A stretch of 64,000 nucleotides of DNA from Acidimicrobiales bacterium (GCA_035546775.1 DASZWD010000040.1:291-64290), one strand, 5' to 3'. Positions 1-10,585 are shown, numbered from the stretch's first letter. Numbers and translations are program-made. Notes: generated from the sequence alone by a model not told the origin.

Positions 1-505
1 GATCGCCGCCTACGCCGGTATCGCGGGTGGCGCCGCCGCCGTGCTGGTGCCCGAGCGGCCGTTCGACCTCGACCAGCTCTCGGCGTCGCTCGTCGCCCGT
101 CACCAACTCGGCAACTACGCCTCAGTGGTCGTCGTCGCCGAGGGGGCCACGCCCGCCGAAGGGACCCTCGCCCTGCAGGACGGCCAGCTCGACGCCTTCG
201 GCCACGTGCGCCTCGGTGGCATCGGCGACGTGCTGGCCAAGGAAATCGAGAAGCGCACGGGATACGAGACGCGCGCCACCGTGCTCGGCCACATCCAGCG
301 CGGCGGCACGCCCAACGCCTTCGACCGCGTCCTGGCGACGCGGTTCGGTGTCGCGGCCGTCGAAGCGGTCCACGACGGCGCCTTCGGCACGATGGTCGCC
401 CTGCGCAACGGCAACATCGAGCGCGTCCCGCTCGCCGACGCCGTGCGCGAACTCAAGACCGTCGACCCGTCCCTCCTCGAGATCGCCGACCTCTTCAGCG
501 CGTAA
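1..505 (+). CDS. pfkA: 6-phosphofructokinase, C-terminal portion (5' end outside window)
   Basis: Frame of ORF 41..505 stays open to the window edge. LGHIQRGGTP and flanking blocks match the PFK-family C-terminal half. Stop TAA 503-505. Confidence 0.8.
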   Translation, partial: IAAYAGIAGGAAAVLVPERPFDLDQLSASLVARHQLGNYASVVVVAEGATPAEGTLALQDGQLDAFGHVRLGGIGDVLAKEIEKRTGYETRATVLGHIQRGGTPNAFDRVLATRFGVAAVEAVHDGAFGTMVALRNGNIERVPLADAVRELKTVDPSLLEIADLFSA

Positions 506-1271
506 TCAGGGCGTAGAGATCGTCCGCGATGCGGGGATGGGCGACCCAGACGAGGTCGCCGACAACGTCGCCGCGTAGCCCGGCCTCGTGGGCGATCAGT
601 AGCCCGGCAGCGCGGTCCCACGGCGCGGTGCCGCGCTCGTAATAGGCGTCGGTGCGCCCAGCGGCGGCCCAGCACAGATCGAGTGCCGCAGACCCGCCGC
701 GGCGAATGTCGCGCACGATCGGCAGGATCCGGCTGACGACCGCCGCCTGCTCGACGCGCATCTCCGGGTGATACGAGAACCCGGTGCCGACGAGCGCGAA
801 GCTCAGCGCCGCCGGTCCGCCGGGCAGGCTCATGGGCTCGTCGTCGCGGAAGGCGCCGACCCCGCGCGCCGCGCTGAAGACCTCGCGCCGGCCGATGTCG
901 ACGACGGCGCCGGCGATCGACGCGTGGTCGGCGTCGACCGCGGCCACGGACACGGCGGTCGCCGGGTAGCCGTAGACGAAGTTGGTGGTGCCGTCGATCG
1001 GGTCGATCACCCAGGTCACGCCGGTGGTGCTCGTCGACGCCGACCCCTCCTCGGCGACGATGCCGTCGTCGGGCCGCCGGGCGCGAAGGGCGGCGACGAT
1101 CTGTGCCTCGCTCGCCTTGTCGACGGCGGTGACCATGTCGGTCGGCGTCGACTTGGTGTCGGTGGTGCCGAACCAGCGGCTGCTGGCGCGTTCGGCGGCG
1201 ACGAAGGCGGCGGCGTCGAGGGCGACGTCGATGGCGATGCCGCGCAAGTCGTCGGGCGAGGGGGTCTCCAT
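495..1271 (-). CDS. inositol monophosphatase family protein
   Basis: [17 protein letters not shown] and [21 protein letters not shown] motifs of the IMPase fold. Start set at ATG 1271 (METPSP...), with TACGGT 9 nt upstream. The ORF extension to 1421 is Arg/Gly-rich and would overlap the ltaE start. Confidence 0.8.
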   Translation of the reverse strand: METPSPDDLRGIAIDVALDAAAFVAAERASSRWFGTTDTKSTPTDMVTAVDKASEAQIVAALRARRPDDGIVAEEGSASTSTTGVTWVIDPIDGTTNFVYGYPATAVSVAAVDADHASIAGAVVDIGRREVFSAARGVGAFRDDEPMSLPGGPAALSFALVGTGFSYHPEMRVEQAAVVSRILPIVRDIRRGGSAALDLCWAAAGRTDAYYERGTAPWDRAAGLLIAHEAGLRGDVVGDLVWVAHPRIADDLYALITR

Positions 1272-1351
1272 GGCGGAACTACCGTACGCGGCCATCCCGC
1301 CCATCCGGTCCTTTCGGGACCCTTCGGGTCGGGTCACTACGCTCCCCTCCA

Positions 1352-2368
1352 ATGTCCGACGGCCCGGTCGACCTGCGTTCCGACACCGTGACCCAGCCGA
1401 CGCCGAAGATGCGCCAGGCAATGGCCGATGCGGTGGTGGGCGACGACGTCTACGGCGAGGATCCGACCGTCAACGCCCTCCAGGACGCGTACGCGGCGCG
1501 TGTCGGCAAGCCCGCCGCCTTGTTCGTGCCGAGCGGCACGATGGCGAACCAGCTGGCGCTGCGCCTGCTGGCCCCCGCCGGTACGGGCGTGATCGCCGGG
1601 GCGCGCCAGCACATGGTCATCTACGAAGGCGGCGCCGCCGGCATCAACTCGGCGACGCAGTTCGTCACCATCGACGACAGCCAAGGCGCCCTCGACCCCA
1701 CCGCCATCTCGCACCTTCGGGCCGCGGCGGCGCACCACTACATCGAGCCGGGGTTGGTGTGCGTCGAGAACACGCACCTGCCCGCGGGCGGGCGGCCTTA
1801 CACCCTCGACGAGCTGAAGGCGGTGAGCCACGCCGCGGGACCGCTGCCCGTACACATGGACGGCGCCCGCCTGTTCAACGCCGAAGTGGCGACGGGCGTG
1901 AAGGCCGCCGACTACGCCGCCCAGGTGACGACCGTGATGTCGTGTCTGTCGAAAGGTCTCGCCGCGCCGGTCGGGTCGCTGCTCGCGGGTCCGGTTGACG
2001 TGATCGCCCGCGCCCGCGTCGAGCGTCAACGCCTCGGTGGCGGCATGCGCCAGGCTGGCGTGCTGGCGGCCGCCGGGCTCGTCGCCCTCACCGACATGGT
2101 GGAGCGCTTGGCCGACGACCACGACCGCGCCCGCACGCTGGCCGCGGCCGTCGCGCAGCGCTGGCCGGGCGCCTGCGACCCCGCGTCCGTGCAGACCAAC
2201 ATCGTCAACTTCACCCACCCCAACACCGCCGAACTGTTGGCCCACCTGCAGAGCCACGGCGTGCGCGCCGGCACCATCGCTCCGGGCGTCGCCCGCTTCG
2301 TCACGCACTGCGACGTCGATCAGGACGACGTCAAGCGAGCGATCACCGCGATTCTGTCCGCCCCGTAG
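1352..2368 (+). CDS. ltaE: low-specificity L-threonine aldolase
   Basis: N-terminus [30 protein letters not shown] is typical of PLP threonine aldolases. TACGCT lies 8 nt upstream of the ATG. Confidence 0.8.
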   Translation: MSDGPVDLRSDTVTQPTPKMRQAMADAVVGDDVYGEDPTVNALQDAYAARVGKPAALFVPSGTMANQLALRLLAPAGTGVIAGARQHMVIYEGGAAGINSATQFVTIDDSQGALDPTAISHLRAAAAHHYIEPGLVCVENTHLPAGGRPYTLDELKAVSHAAGPLPVHMDGARLFNAEVATGVKAADYAAQVTTVMSCLSKGLAAPVGSLLAGPVDVIARARVERQRLGGGMRQAGVLAAAGLVALTDMVERLADDHDRARTLAAAVAQRWPGACDPASVQTNIVNFTHPNTAELLAHLQSHGVRAGTIAPGVARFVTHCDVDQDDVKRAITAILSAP

Positions 2369-3884
2369 GCACGGGCTCATAGGTCTCGGTGAGTTCGTCG
2401 CGGCCGCGCAGCGCGATGGCACCGACGTAGTCCCACCGGTCCTGCTCGGGTCCGATCGCGTGGAACACGGCACGCGATGACGCCAGCACCCGGCTCGTGT
2501 AGCCCTTGGCGAGGTCGGTGAGGCGCGACGCCTCGTTGACCGGGTCGCCGATCACCGTGTACTCCACCCGGCGGCGCGCGCCGATGTTGCCGGCGACGGC
2601 GAGGCCGCTCGACACGCCGATACCCGCCTGCACCTCGGGATACGTGCTGGCGAGCACCCGCAGCGCGGTGTTCAGTTCGCGCGCGGCCTTCAGCGCATTG
2701 GTGGCGTGCAGTTCGTCGTCTTCCAGCGCGCCGAACGTGCACAGCGCGCCGTCGCCGTCAAAGCGGTTGATGGACCCGTGGTTGTCCTCGATGACGGTGA
2801 CGATCACTCCGAAGAAGGCGTTGAGCAGCTCGACGACCTCGCTCGGTTCGCGACGTACAGCGAGGTTGGTCGAGCCGATCATGTCCACGAACAGCACACT
2901 CATCTCGCGCAGCTGACCGCCGAGCGCGACACCCTTGTCGATCGCGCGCCGGGCGACGTCGACTCCGACGTGGCGGCCGAAGAGATCTTCGAGCCGGTTG
3001 CGCTCCCGGAGGCCCTCGAGCATTCGGTTGTAGCCCGCCTCGAGTTCGCCGAGCTCGCCACCGTCGTCGACGGGGATGTGGGCGTCGAGGTCGCCCGCCT
3101 CCACGCGTTCGAGGCCCTGGCGCAGCTCGTCGAGCGGGTCGGTCACCGAGCGGGCGCTGGCGATGGTGAGCACCAGGCCGGTGACGAGACCGATGACGGC
3201 CAGGACCACGATCGGCACGATGAGCGGGTTGTCGAAGCCGTCGCCCCGCGCCGTGGGGCCGAGGATGATGCCGACGAAGGGGACGCCGGAGCCGAGTACC
3301 CACATGAGCAACAGCCGCGAGCGGATCTGGAGGCCGTGGCGTTCGGGAAGCTGGCCGTCGCTGAGCGCGGCGGCGAATCCGGCGCGGTGCAGCCGCTCGA
3401 CGGCGAGGAAGCAGAAGGCGCTCGTGGTCAGCCCGCCGAGGATGGTGCTGATGGCGACGCGGATGCAGTCGGCGACCGACACGTGGTGCAGCACGTTGAA
3501 CACGCCGAAGACGACGGCGGCGCCGACCCACGCCCGGAAGGTGAAGCGTGTCTGCGTGTAGGGCTGGTCGAGCACTGCCAGCTTCTCCGCCGGCGTCGGG
3601 GCCCGGTCGGCCTCGATCCACTCGAGCACGGGGCGAGCGGAACGCACCGCGGACCACGTCACGAAGGGAACCGCCACGACGACGTAGGCGAGCAGCAGGA
3701 GCAGCCCACCGGCGGTCGCCAGGCCACGCGCGCCGTTGCCCAGAGGAACGACGTAGGCGACGTAGACGTAGACGATCACCGCGCCCACGACGTTGAGCCC
3801 ACCGATAGCGAGCACGGTCCGAGTCGCGATGGTGCGGTAGAGCTCTTCGAGGATGGCGCGCGAGACCGGTTCCGGACTAGTCAT
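2343..3884 (-). CDS. membrane-bound class III adenylate/guanylate cyclase with HAMP-like linker
   Basis: Multi-TM N-terminus followed by cyclase homology domain blocks [24 protein letters not shown] and [15 protein letters not shown]. Start ATG 3884 (MTSPEP). Confidence 0.8.
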   Translation of the reverse strand: MTSPEPVSRAILEELYRTIATRTVLAIGGLNVVGAVIVYVYVAYVVPLGNGARGLATAGGLLLLLAYVVVAVPFVTWSAVRSARPVLEWIEADRAPTPAEKLAVLDQPYTQTRFTFRAWVGAAVVFGVFNVLHHVSVADCIRVAISTILGGLTTSAFCFLAVERLHRAGFAAALSDGQLPERHGLQIRSRLLLMWVLGSGVPFVGIILGPTARGDGFDNPLIVPIVVLAVIGLVTGLVLTIASARSVTDPLDELRQGLERVEAGDLDAHIPVDDGGELGELEAGYNRMLEGLRERNRLEDLFGRHVGVDVARRAIDKGVALGGQLREMSVLFVDMIGSTNLAVRREPSEVVELLNAFFGVIVTVIEDNHGSINRFDGDGALCTFGALEDDELHATNALKAARELNTALRVLASTYPEVQAGIGVSSGLAVAGNIGARRRVEYTVIGDPVNEASRLTDLAKGYTSRVLASSRAVFHAIGPEQDRWDYVGAIALRGRDELTETYEPVPTGRTESR

Positions 3885-4137
3885 CGAGTTCGAGCTGGCC
3901 GCGCCATTCCGCCATGGCTCGCAGCGCCAGCACGGCCACCACGGCGACACCCAACGCAAAGCTCACGCCGCCCACGAACAATCCGATCGATTCGGGCAAA
4001 GAACAATTCCCGTGACACTGAAGATCAACTAGCGCCCAACCGATAAGAGCTCCAGAGATACCGGCGAAAACGATCGCGGCGAAGGCCACGGCGCGGGCCC
4101 GGGTTGAAGGGAGCGCAGATGGCCGACGCATGGACAC
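3877..4137 (-). CDS. small two-TM membrane protein with CHGNC motif (hypothetical)
   Basis: 86-aa ORF with two hydrophobic helices. Its stop TAG 3877-3879 overlaps the cyclase ATG 3884 by 8 nt. The start is uncertain (GTG 4137, ATG 4131 or GTG 4089). No family recognised. Confidence 0.4.
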   Translation of the reverse strand: MSMRRPSALPSTRARAVAFAAIVFAGISGALIGWALVDLQCHGNCSLPESIGLFVGGVSFALGVAVVAVLALRAMAEWRGQLELDD

Positions 4138-4961
4138 ACCCCGAGGCTATCGGCGCGCCCCGCGTGCTCATCGTGTTGCCGACGTACAACGAGATCGACA
4201 ACATCACCGCCATCCTCGACCGCATCCGCGACGCCGTGCCCCAAGCGGACATGCTGGTCGTCGACGACGGCAGCCCCGACGGCACCGCCGAGCGGGTCCG
4301 TTGGGTCGCCCAACGCATGCCCGGACTCCATTTGCTGGAGCGCACGTCGAAGGACGGCCTCGGCGCCGCCTATCGCGCCGGGTTCGCCTGGGGCATCCTG
4401 CGCTGCTACGACGTCCTCGTCGAGATGGACGCCGACGGCAGCCACCGTCCCGAAGATCTCCCACGCCTGCTGCGCGCCGTCGACAACGGCGCCGACCTCG
4501 CCATCGGCTCGCGCTACGTCGCCGGCGGCGTCATCCCGAACTGGAAGTTGTCGCGCCGCCTGCTCTCGCGCGGGGGCAACGTCTACGCCGCGGCCATGCT
4601 CGGCATGCACGTGCGCGACGCCACCGCCGGCTTCCGCGCGTACCGCGCCAGCCTGCTCCAGCACATCGACTTCGCCTCGCTGCGTGCCGGCGGCTACGGC
4701 TTCCAGATCGAAGGCGTGTGGAAAGCGGTGCGCAGTGGTGCGACCGTCACCGAGATCCCGATCACGTTCGAAGACCGCCTCGCCGGCGAATCGAAGATGT
4801 CCAAGGCCATCGTGGTCGAGGCGCTCCGACTGGTGACGCGGTGGGGCTTGGGCGAGCGCGTCGCGCGGGCGCGGACGCGCTTCGCCCTCCTTCCTTTTGC
4901 CGGCGTATCGCGGGCAAACTGGAGCGGTGCGAGCCTGGCGGGTAGCAAGCGCGGTCATTGA
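4119..4961 (+). CDS. ppm1: polyprenol-phosphate mannose synthase (GT2 family)
   Basis: VLIVLPTYNE, VVDDGSPDGT and EMDADGSH blocks of dolichol/polyprenol-P mannosyltransferases. SD-like GAAGGGAG at 4106-4113 precedes ATG 4119. Confidence 0.8.
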   Translation: MADAWTHPEAIGAPRVLIVLPTYNEIDNITAILDRIRDAVPQADMLVVDDGSPDGTAERVRWVAQRMPGLHLLERTSKDGLGAAYRAGFAWGILRCYDVLVEMDADGSHRPEDLPRLLRAVDNGADLAIGSRYVAGGVIPNWKLSRRLLSRGGNVYAAAMLGMHVRDATAGFRAYRASLLQHIDFASLRAGGYGFQIEGVWKAVRSGATVTEIPITFEDRLAGESKMSKAIVVEALRLVTRWGLGERVARARTRFALLPFAGVSRANWSGASLAGSKRGH

Positions 4962-5424
4962 GCACGACGGGCAGGTCCTGCTCGTCGAGAACCGCCGCGC
5001 CGACGGGCGCGTCGACTGGTCGATGCCGGGCGGCGTCGTCGAGGACGGTGAGCATCCGCTGCTCGGCCTGCACCGGGAGGTGACCGAGGAAACCGGACTC
5101 ACGGTGGCGCAGTGGGGGCCCCTGCTGTGGACGACGTTCGCCCGCAGCAACTCGATGGGGTTCTCGCTCGTCGCCGAGACGTTCATCGCCCACGGACACG
5201 ACGGCGAGCTCGCATGCGCCGACCCTGACGGCATCGTGAACGAGGCGCGCTGGTTCGACCTCGACGCGGCGATCGCCGCGCTCGAGTCGTCGTGGGTGCC
5301 GACGCGCCAACCGTTCGTGGGATGGCTCCAGGAGAGGTGGAGCAGCCCGCGCACGTTCGACTATTCGGTTGAGGGCGATCGGGCCAGCGGCCTGATTGTG
5401 GAGTTGCTGTCGACGACGACGTGA
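4927..5424 (+). CDS. NUDIX hydrolase
   Basis: Complete NUDIX box GVVEDGEHPLLGLHREVTEETGL (GX5EX7REUXEEXGU). The start is uncertain (GTG 4927 or TTG 4897), and both overlap the ppm1 3' end. Stop TGA 5422-5424 overlaps the dinB GTG. Confidence 0.75.
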   Translation: MRAWRVASAVIEHDGQVLLVENRRADGRVDWSMPGGVVEDGEHPLLGLHREVTEETGLTVAQWGPLLWTTFARSNSMGFSLVAETFIAHGHDGELACADPDGIVNEARWFDLDAAIAALESSWVPTRQPFVGWLQERWSSPRTFDYSVEGDRASGLIVELLSTTT

Positions 5425-6758
5425 CCGCCCCGGCCAACCCGAACGCGGACGCGCCGTGGCCCCGCGCCATCCTCCACGTCGACATGGACTGCTTCTACGC
5501 GGCGGTCGAAGTCCTCGACGACCCGTCGCTGCGCGGCAAGCCGGTAGTCGTCGGCGGCACCGGCCGGCGCGGCGTCGTGGCGGCGGCCAGCTACGAAGCC
5601 CGCGTGTACGGCGTGCGGTCGGCGATGCCGATGGCGACGGCGCGCCGCCTGTGCCCGCGGGCGATCGCCCTGCCGGGCCGCTTCGACCGCTACGAGGAGC
5701 TCAGCCGGCAGTACCGGGCGATCATGCTCGACCTCACGCCGTTGGTGGAACCGATCTCGCTCGACGAGGCGTTCCTCGACGTGACCGGCGCCACCCGCCG
5801 TGCCGTGACACCCGAGGAAATTGCCAACCGGTTGCGCCGCCGGGTGAAAGCTGAACTGCACCTGAACTGCTCGGTCGGCGTGGCGACGTCGAAGCACGTC
5901 GCCAAGCTGGCGTCGGTGGCGGCCAAGCCCAAGCCGCTGCCGACGGGCGTTATCGAGCCGGGCGTCGGGGTCAAGGTGATCGCCCCTGGGACCGAGTTGG
6001 CGTTTCTCCACCCGCTGCCCATCCGGGCGCTGTGGGGCGTGGGCGCCAAGACCGCCGAGAAGTTGGCCTCGCTCGGCGTGAAGACGGTCGGCGACTTGGC
6101 GGCGTTGCCCCTCGACACCCTTACGCACGCCGTCGGCCCGGCGGCGGGCCAGCACCTGCTCGACCTCGCCAACAACGTCGACTCGCGTGAGGTGGTGGCC
6201 GACGCGGGCGTGAAGTCGATCAGTCACGAGGAGACCTTCGCCCACGACATCGACGACCGGGCGCGGCTGCACAAGGAGATCGTGCGCCAGTCCGACGCGG
6301 TGGCGGCTCGGATGCACAAAGCCGGGCACGCGGCGCGCACCGTGGTGCTGAAGGTGCGCTACAGCGACTTCACTTCGATCACCCGTTCCAAGACGCCCGG
6401 CGGGCCGATCGAAGACGGCGTCACCCTCGCCGGGGTCGCGAACGGCCTGCTCGACGCCGTCGATCTGCGCGACGGTGTGCGTTTGCTGGGAGTCGGGGTG
6501 AGCAACCTCGTCGACCCGCCACCCCAGCAACTCGACCTCCTCGCGGTGGAGCCGGAAGACCCCGAAGACGACGCTGCGGCGCGCCGGCGCGCGGCCACGG
6601 GGGCCGCGGTGGCCGCCATTCGCGACAAATTCGGCGACAACGCTGTTGCTCCGGCCACGCTGGTCGATCGGAACGGCATACGGCGTCGCCGTTTCGGGCA
6701 ACAACAGTGGGGGCCCGATGCTCCCGACCCGTCCCATAGGCCAAACGGCCCTTCCTGA
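5421..6758 (+). CDS. dinB: DNA polymerase IV (Y-family)
   Basis: ILHVDMDCFYAAVE, SYEARVYGVRSAMP and LDEAFLDVTG blocks. GTGA overlap with the NUDIX stop. Confidence 0.9.
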   Translation: MTAPANPNADAPWPRAILHVDMDCFYAAVEVLDDPSLRGKPVVVGGTGRRGVVAAASYEARVYGVRSAMPMATARRLCPRAIALPGRFDRYEELSRQYRAIMLDLTPLVEPISLDEAFLDVTGATRRAVTPEEIANRLRRRVKAELHLNCSVGVATSKHVAKLASVAAKPKPLPTGVIEPGVGVKVIAPGTELAFLHPLPIRALWGVGAKTAEKLASLGVKTVGDLAALPLDTLTHAVGPAAGQHLLDLANNVDSREVVADAGVKSISHEETFAHDIDDRARLHKEIVRQSDAVAARMHKAGHAARTVVLKVRYSDFTSITRSKTPGGPIEDGVTLAGVANGLLDAVDLRDGVRLLGVGVSNLVDPPPQQLDLLAVEPEDPEDDAAARRRAATGAAVAAIRDKFGDNAVAPATLVDRNGIRRRRFGQQQWGPDAPDPSHRPNGPS

Positions 6759-6804
6759 GCAGAGCGCGTTGAAGGGTCTTCCCGAGAGTGTCAAACTGAA
6801 GCCA

Positions 6805-7167
6805 GTGCCGCTTTCCGAAGAAGAACAACGGATCCTTCACGAGATCGAGCGCAGCTTCTACGCGGGCGACCAGGCGCCGGGCAGTTCCGCCCAGACGCGC
6901 CTCACCATGGTGCGCCGCGTGCGCCTCGCTGCCGTCGGCTTCGTCGTGTCGCTGATCCTGCTGCTGATCGGGTTCGCGTCGAACTTCGTCATCGGCGCCG
7001 TCGCCTTCCTCGGGATGGTGGCAACGGGCGCGGTGCTCGTCGACGGGGTGCGCAAAGTCGGCGGCGATCGCCTGCGCACGTCAGCCGGACGCTTGGGCTC
7101 GATGGTCACCGACCCGAGCCGCCGCCTGCGCGGTCGTCGCCTCCGTTCCGACGACGACGAGAACTAG
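6805..7167 (+). CDS. DUF3040-like small membrane protein
   Basis: N-terminal PLSEEEQRILHEIERSFYAGD followed by two TM helices. In-frame GTG at 6805 chosen because the upstream part of ORF 6646.. overlaps dinB. Confidence 0.65.
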   Translation: MPLSEEEQRILHEIERSFYAGDQAPGSSAQTRLTMVRRVRLAAVGFVVSLILLLIGFASNFVIGAVAFLGMVATGAVLVDGVRKVGGDRLRTSAGRLGSMVTDPSRRLRGRRLRSDDDEN

Positions 7168-9383
7168 CCGCGCCGGCGCAATCGCCGCGGGTTGATCGCG
7201 AACAGCACGAGCTGCCAGCGCGACCGCGTGGCAAACGCCTCCCGCCTCACCTCTGACGCTTCGCGCCACGCCACCAGCGCGTCGTCCTCCGACACGCCGT
7301 CGGGCCCGTAGGCCGCCACGTCGACGAGATCCGCCAGGCGGGTAAGCGTGGCGACGCCGCCCTCGCCGATGGTTGCGCCGACGCTCTCGACGCGCTCGGT
7401 CGGTGTGTGGGCGCGCCGCACCGCCGCGCCGGCGAACGCCAGGGCTTCGTCGGTGTCGCTCCAGGCGACGAGGACCTTGTCGGTCGGCGTGACGGCGCTG
7501 CTCCAGCGGCGGTGCCGGCGCAGTGCGATGGTGACGGGCACGACGCAGGCCAACGCCGCGAGCACAACGAGCAACAGCAGCATCGGGGCGACGATGCGCC
7601 ACACCGAGCCGTGGTGGCGCCCCGACAACGCCGGCGTCGTGGTCGCGGTTGTCGGCGGCGTGGTGGTTGGCGTCGCGCCGTTGGTGCCGGTGGCGCTCGG
7701 GGCGAGCGTCGTCGGCACGACCGTGCTGGCGGTTCTGGGCCGCAGGGTGTTGGCCTGTGACTCCGGCGCCCCGGTGTAGGACTGCGCCCCGGGGATGCCG
7801 CGACCGGGCGTAGGTTCGAACGCCACCCAACCGGCCGAGCCCAGGAACACCTCGGGCCAGGCGTGGGCGTGCAGCTCGCGCACCGTCCAGGTGCCCGACG
7901 CGGCGTCGTAGTCGCCGGCGGTGAAACCGACCGCCACCCGCGTCGGGAGGCCGGCGAGGCGGGCGAGCACCGCGTAGCTGCCGGCGAACTGCTCGCAGTA
8001 GCCGCGGTGGGTGATGAAGAGGAAGCGCACGATGGCGTCGTCGCCGTGACCGGGCGGCACGTCGAGGTCGTAGCGGAACGGGCTCGAACGGAGGTATTGC
8101 TGGATGGCGAGCGCCTTGTCGTAGGGGGTGGTGAGACCGTGGGTGATCTGGCCCGCCAGCGCCACCACCCGTGAGTCGATGGTCGGCGGGACCTCGAGCT
8201 CGCCGGCGCTCACGGGCGCCGGCTTGGAGTGGCGCAGCTCGTCGGGGGTGAACGACGGCACGGTTGACCGCACGCTGTAGGCGAGCCCGTTACTGGTCGG
8301 TTTCTCGGTGATGAAGGCGTCGGCGTCGGAGTCGTAGCTGATGCCGTCGATGCTCGGCGTGCTCGCCGGCCGGTAGGCGACCGGAAGCCAGATCGAGTTG
8401 AGGCTGGCGATCGAGTACGTCTGCGTCGCCTGATTGCCGGCGCGGTTCTTCAGTGCCTTGTCTTTGTCGACGTCCTTGTAACTGCCCTTCGACGACCAGA
8501 TCTCGCCGTCGAACACGTTGAGGGAGGTAAGCCGCCAGTACGACCGCTGCGCCGACTTCACCGTGAAGGCCACGACGTCGCTGCGCTCGACGAGCCGCGT
8601 GCGGATGTCGACGAGCGGGCTGATCGTCGTGCGGGCGTGGTTGCGGTTCCGGTTGCGCCACGCCACCGCGGGTGGCTGCTGCGAGAACGGGATGGCGAGG
8701 CCGAGTAGCGCGCCGACCAGACCGATGACGCCAATACTCACGCCGGCGCGCGACAGCGCGCGTCGGCCGGCGTCGGCCGAACCCTGGAACCACGGGCGCG
8801 TGCGCGCCACGACCACGACGTGGTCGACCACGAACCACACGAGTAGCGCGCCGACGAACGCGAGGGTCGCGCTCGTACGTTCACGCGTCGTGCCGAGCAC
8901 GGCCGCGAAGGTGAACAGCGTGAAGGCCGGCACCGCCGCTTCGACCGTGGTCCGCATGCGGAAGGCGGCCCAGTCCGCCAGCGTCGCCAGCACGATGACG
9001 GCCATGACGCAGGCGGCGACGAACCCTTCGGTGGGCGCGGTGGGGGCGATCGCGACGCCGAAATCGCGCCGCGCCGACGACAGCGCCATGAGCAGGGCGT
9101 GCAGCGCGCCTGGCGTCGGCAGGCCGAAAAACGTGTGTTGGGGTACCACCGTCACGGTGGCGGTGACGAGGGCGGCCAGTGCCGCGGCCGCCGTGGTCGC
9201 CCCCGCGCTGAGATGGCGCAGGCGCCCGCCGACGGCGACGACGTGGCCGACGACGACCCCCGCCAGGATCGGGCCGAGCGCGCCGCCCGTCGTGAAGAGG
9301 CGGCCGAGGCACACCGCGGCGACGAGGTCGAGCAGCACCAGCGCGCCGAGCGCCGGGAGATCGTCGCGGAACTCGTCGCTCAT
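7164..9383 (-). CDS. transglutaminase-like multi-pass membrane protein (TgpA-like)
   Basis: Multi-TM N-terminus. Core blocks HRGYCEQFAGSYAVLARLAGLPTRVAVGF and HAWPEVFL. Thr/Pro-rich linker, then one more TM. ATG 9383 overlaps the DUF58 stop (ATGA). Confidence 0.8.
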   Translation of the reverse strand: MSDEFRDDLPALGALVLLDLVAAVCLGRLFTTGGALGPILAGVVVGHVVAVGGRLRHLSAGATTAAAALAALVTATVTVVPQHTFFGLPTPGALHALLMALSSARRDFGVAIAPTAPTEGFVAACVMAVIVLATLADWAAFRMRTTVEAAVPAFTLFTFAAVLGTTRERTSATLAFVGALLVWFVVDHVVVVARTRPWFQGSADAGRRALSRAGVSIGVIGLVGALLGLAIPFSQQPPAVAWRNRNRNHARTTISPLVDIRTRLVERSDVVAFTVKSAQRSYWRLTSLNVFDGEIWSSKGSYKDVDKDKALKNRAGNQATQTYSIASLNSIWLPVAYRPASTPSIDGISYDSDADAFITEKPTSNGLAYSVRSTVPSFTPDELRHSKPAPVSAGELEVPPTIDSRVVALAGQITHGLTTPYDKALAIQQYLRSSPFRYDLDVPPGHGDDAIVRFLFITHRGYCEQFAGSYAVLARLAGLPTRVAVGFTAGDYDAASGTWTVRELHAHAWPEVFLGSAGWVAFEPTPGRGIPGAQSYTGAPESQANTLRPRTASTVVPTTLAPSATGTNGATPTTTPPTTATTTPALSGRHHGSVWRIVAPMLLLLVVLAALACVVPVTIALRRHRRWSSAVTPTDKVLVAWSDTDEALAFAGAAVRRAHTPTERVESVGATIGEGGVATLTRLADLVDVAAYGPDGVSEDDALVAWREASEVRREAFATRSRWQLVLFAINPRRLRRRG

Positions 9384-10585
9384 CGCGCCGCCTTCGCGCG
9401 CCGCCGTGGCGCATTGAGCATCTGCCACGCGCTGGCGAAACCGCGGCCGCCCACCGGCACCGCGACGACGCTCGCCCCGCGACGCACCCCCGTGGTGGCC
9501 CGCTCGCCGTCGATGGTGAACACCACACCGACGGCGTGCGAGTCGCGCGACATGAACGCACCGAGTTCGCGCGCGCCCCGCGACGTCGTGATGATGCAGG
9601 GGCCCTCGCGCGCGGCGTCGGCCGAGTGCCGGCCGCGGCGCGACACGACGCTGAGCGCGGCGAACGCGCTCGTGGCCGCGTCCGGTTGCGGTTGGGCGAG
9701 CGCCAGGATTTCGAGCAGGTGGTCGAGGAACACCCGGCCGGCGCCGAAGCCGGAGTCGAAAGGCCCGGTCGTGACGAGGCGGACCAGTCCGTTGCCGGCG
9801 CCGCCGCCGAGCAGCACGCTGGCGGCGGCCGACAGCGCGTCCTCGAACGATGCGGCGGTGTGGGCGCGGGCGCGCAGGTCGAGCACGACGGTCGTGCGGC
9901 CGCGCCACGGTGTCTCCTCCTGGCGGATCATCAGGCGGCCGGTGCGCGCCACCGACGGCCAGTGCACGCGGCGCAGGTCGTCGCCCTGCTCGTATTCGGT
10001 GAGGGCGTAGAAGTCGCCGCCGCTGGCGGTAACACGGCGCGGGCCGTGCACTTCCGCCAGCGGATCGGTGACGCCGACGCCGCTTGGCGCCGAGACGTCG
10101 TCGACGCGGGGATACACGGTGAGCTTGGTGGCGGGCGCCGCCTCCTCGCGCTTGGTGACGAGGCTGAAGATGTCGGAGCGCTCGACGACGAGCGGCCCGA
10201 GGGTGAACACGCCGCGGCGATCCGTCGGCAGACGAAAGGCGGCCGTCGCCGATGCGCCCGGCACGAGCGGCGCCAGCGCGAACCGGGCGTAGCGCTGCCC
10301 GGCGGAGAACGTGGTCGATATCGCCAGCACCGGCGACCGCCGCGTCTTCGACGTGTTCACCGCGTGCATCTCGACGCGCCACGCGCCGTCGACGTGCACC
10401 CGGCTGGGCGTGATCGTGCGGGTGACGCGCACGCCGCTACTGCCGCGCGTCGTGACGAAGCCGGCGAGAACGAGGCCGAGGCCGGCGCCGCACAACCCGT
10501 ACATCTCGCGCAGTCCGAGCACTTTGCCGACGACGGCGAGAGCGAGGCTGGCCGCGATAACGCCGAGGCCGCGCCGGGTTAGCAC
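9380..10585 (-). CDS. DUF58 domain protein (vWA-like partner of MoxR)
   Basis: Two N-terminal TM helices and a position between a MoxR ATPase and a transglutaminase. GTG start 10585, 9 nt after the moxR stop. Confidence 0.7.
   Translation of the reverse strand: MLTRRGLGVIAASLALAVVGKVLGLREMYGLCGAGLGLVLAGFVTTRGSSGVRVTRTITPSRVHVDGAWRVEMHAVNTSKTRRSPVLAISTTFSAGQRYARFALAPLVPGASATAAFRLPTDRRGVFTLGPLVVERSDIFSLVTKREEAAPATKLTVYPRVDDVSAPSGVGVTDPLAEVHGPRRVTASGGDFYALTEYEQGDDLRRVHWPSVARTGRLMIRQEETPWRGRTTVVLDLRARAHTAASFEDALSAAASVLLGGGAGNGLVRLVTTGPFDSGFGAGRVFLDHLLEILALAQPQPDAATSAFAALSVVSRRGRHSADAAREGPCIITTSRGARELGAFMSRDSHAVGVVFTIDGERATTGVRRGASVVAVPVGGRGFASAWQMLNAPRRRAKAAR

Noticed and set aside
7164-10382. 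Very long 5' extensions of real genes in the ORF track: 1072 aa for the transglutaminase gene, 10595..12334 for moxR, 12734..14188 for the HTH gene, 56750..58363 for menF, 59787..61478 for the EamA gene, and 41676..43070 for the methyltransferase.
   Set aside because: The extensions run through the neighbouring upstream gene in another frame and are Arg/Pro-rich. The conserved domains begin at internal starts that show ATGA/GTGA coupling or a TANNNT at the right distance.
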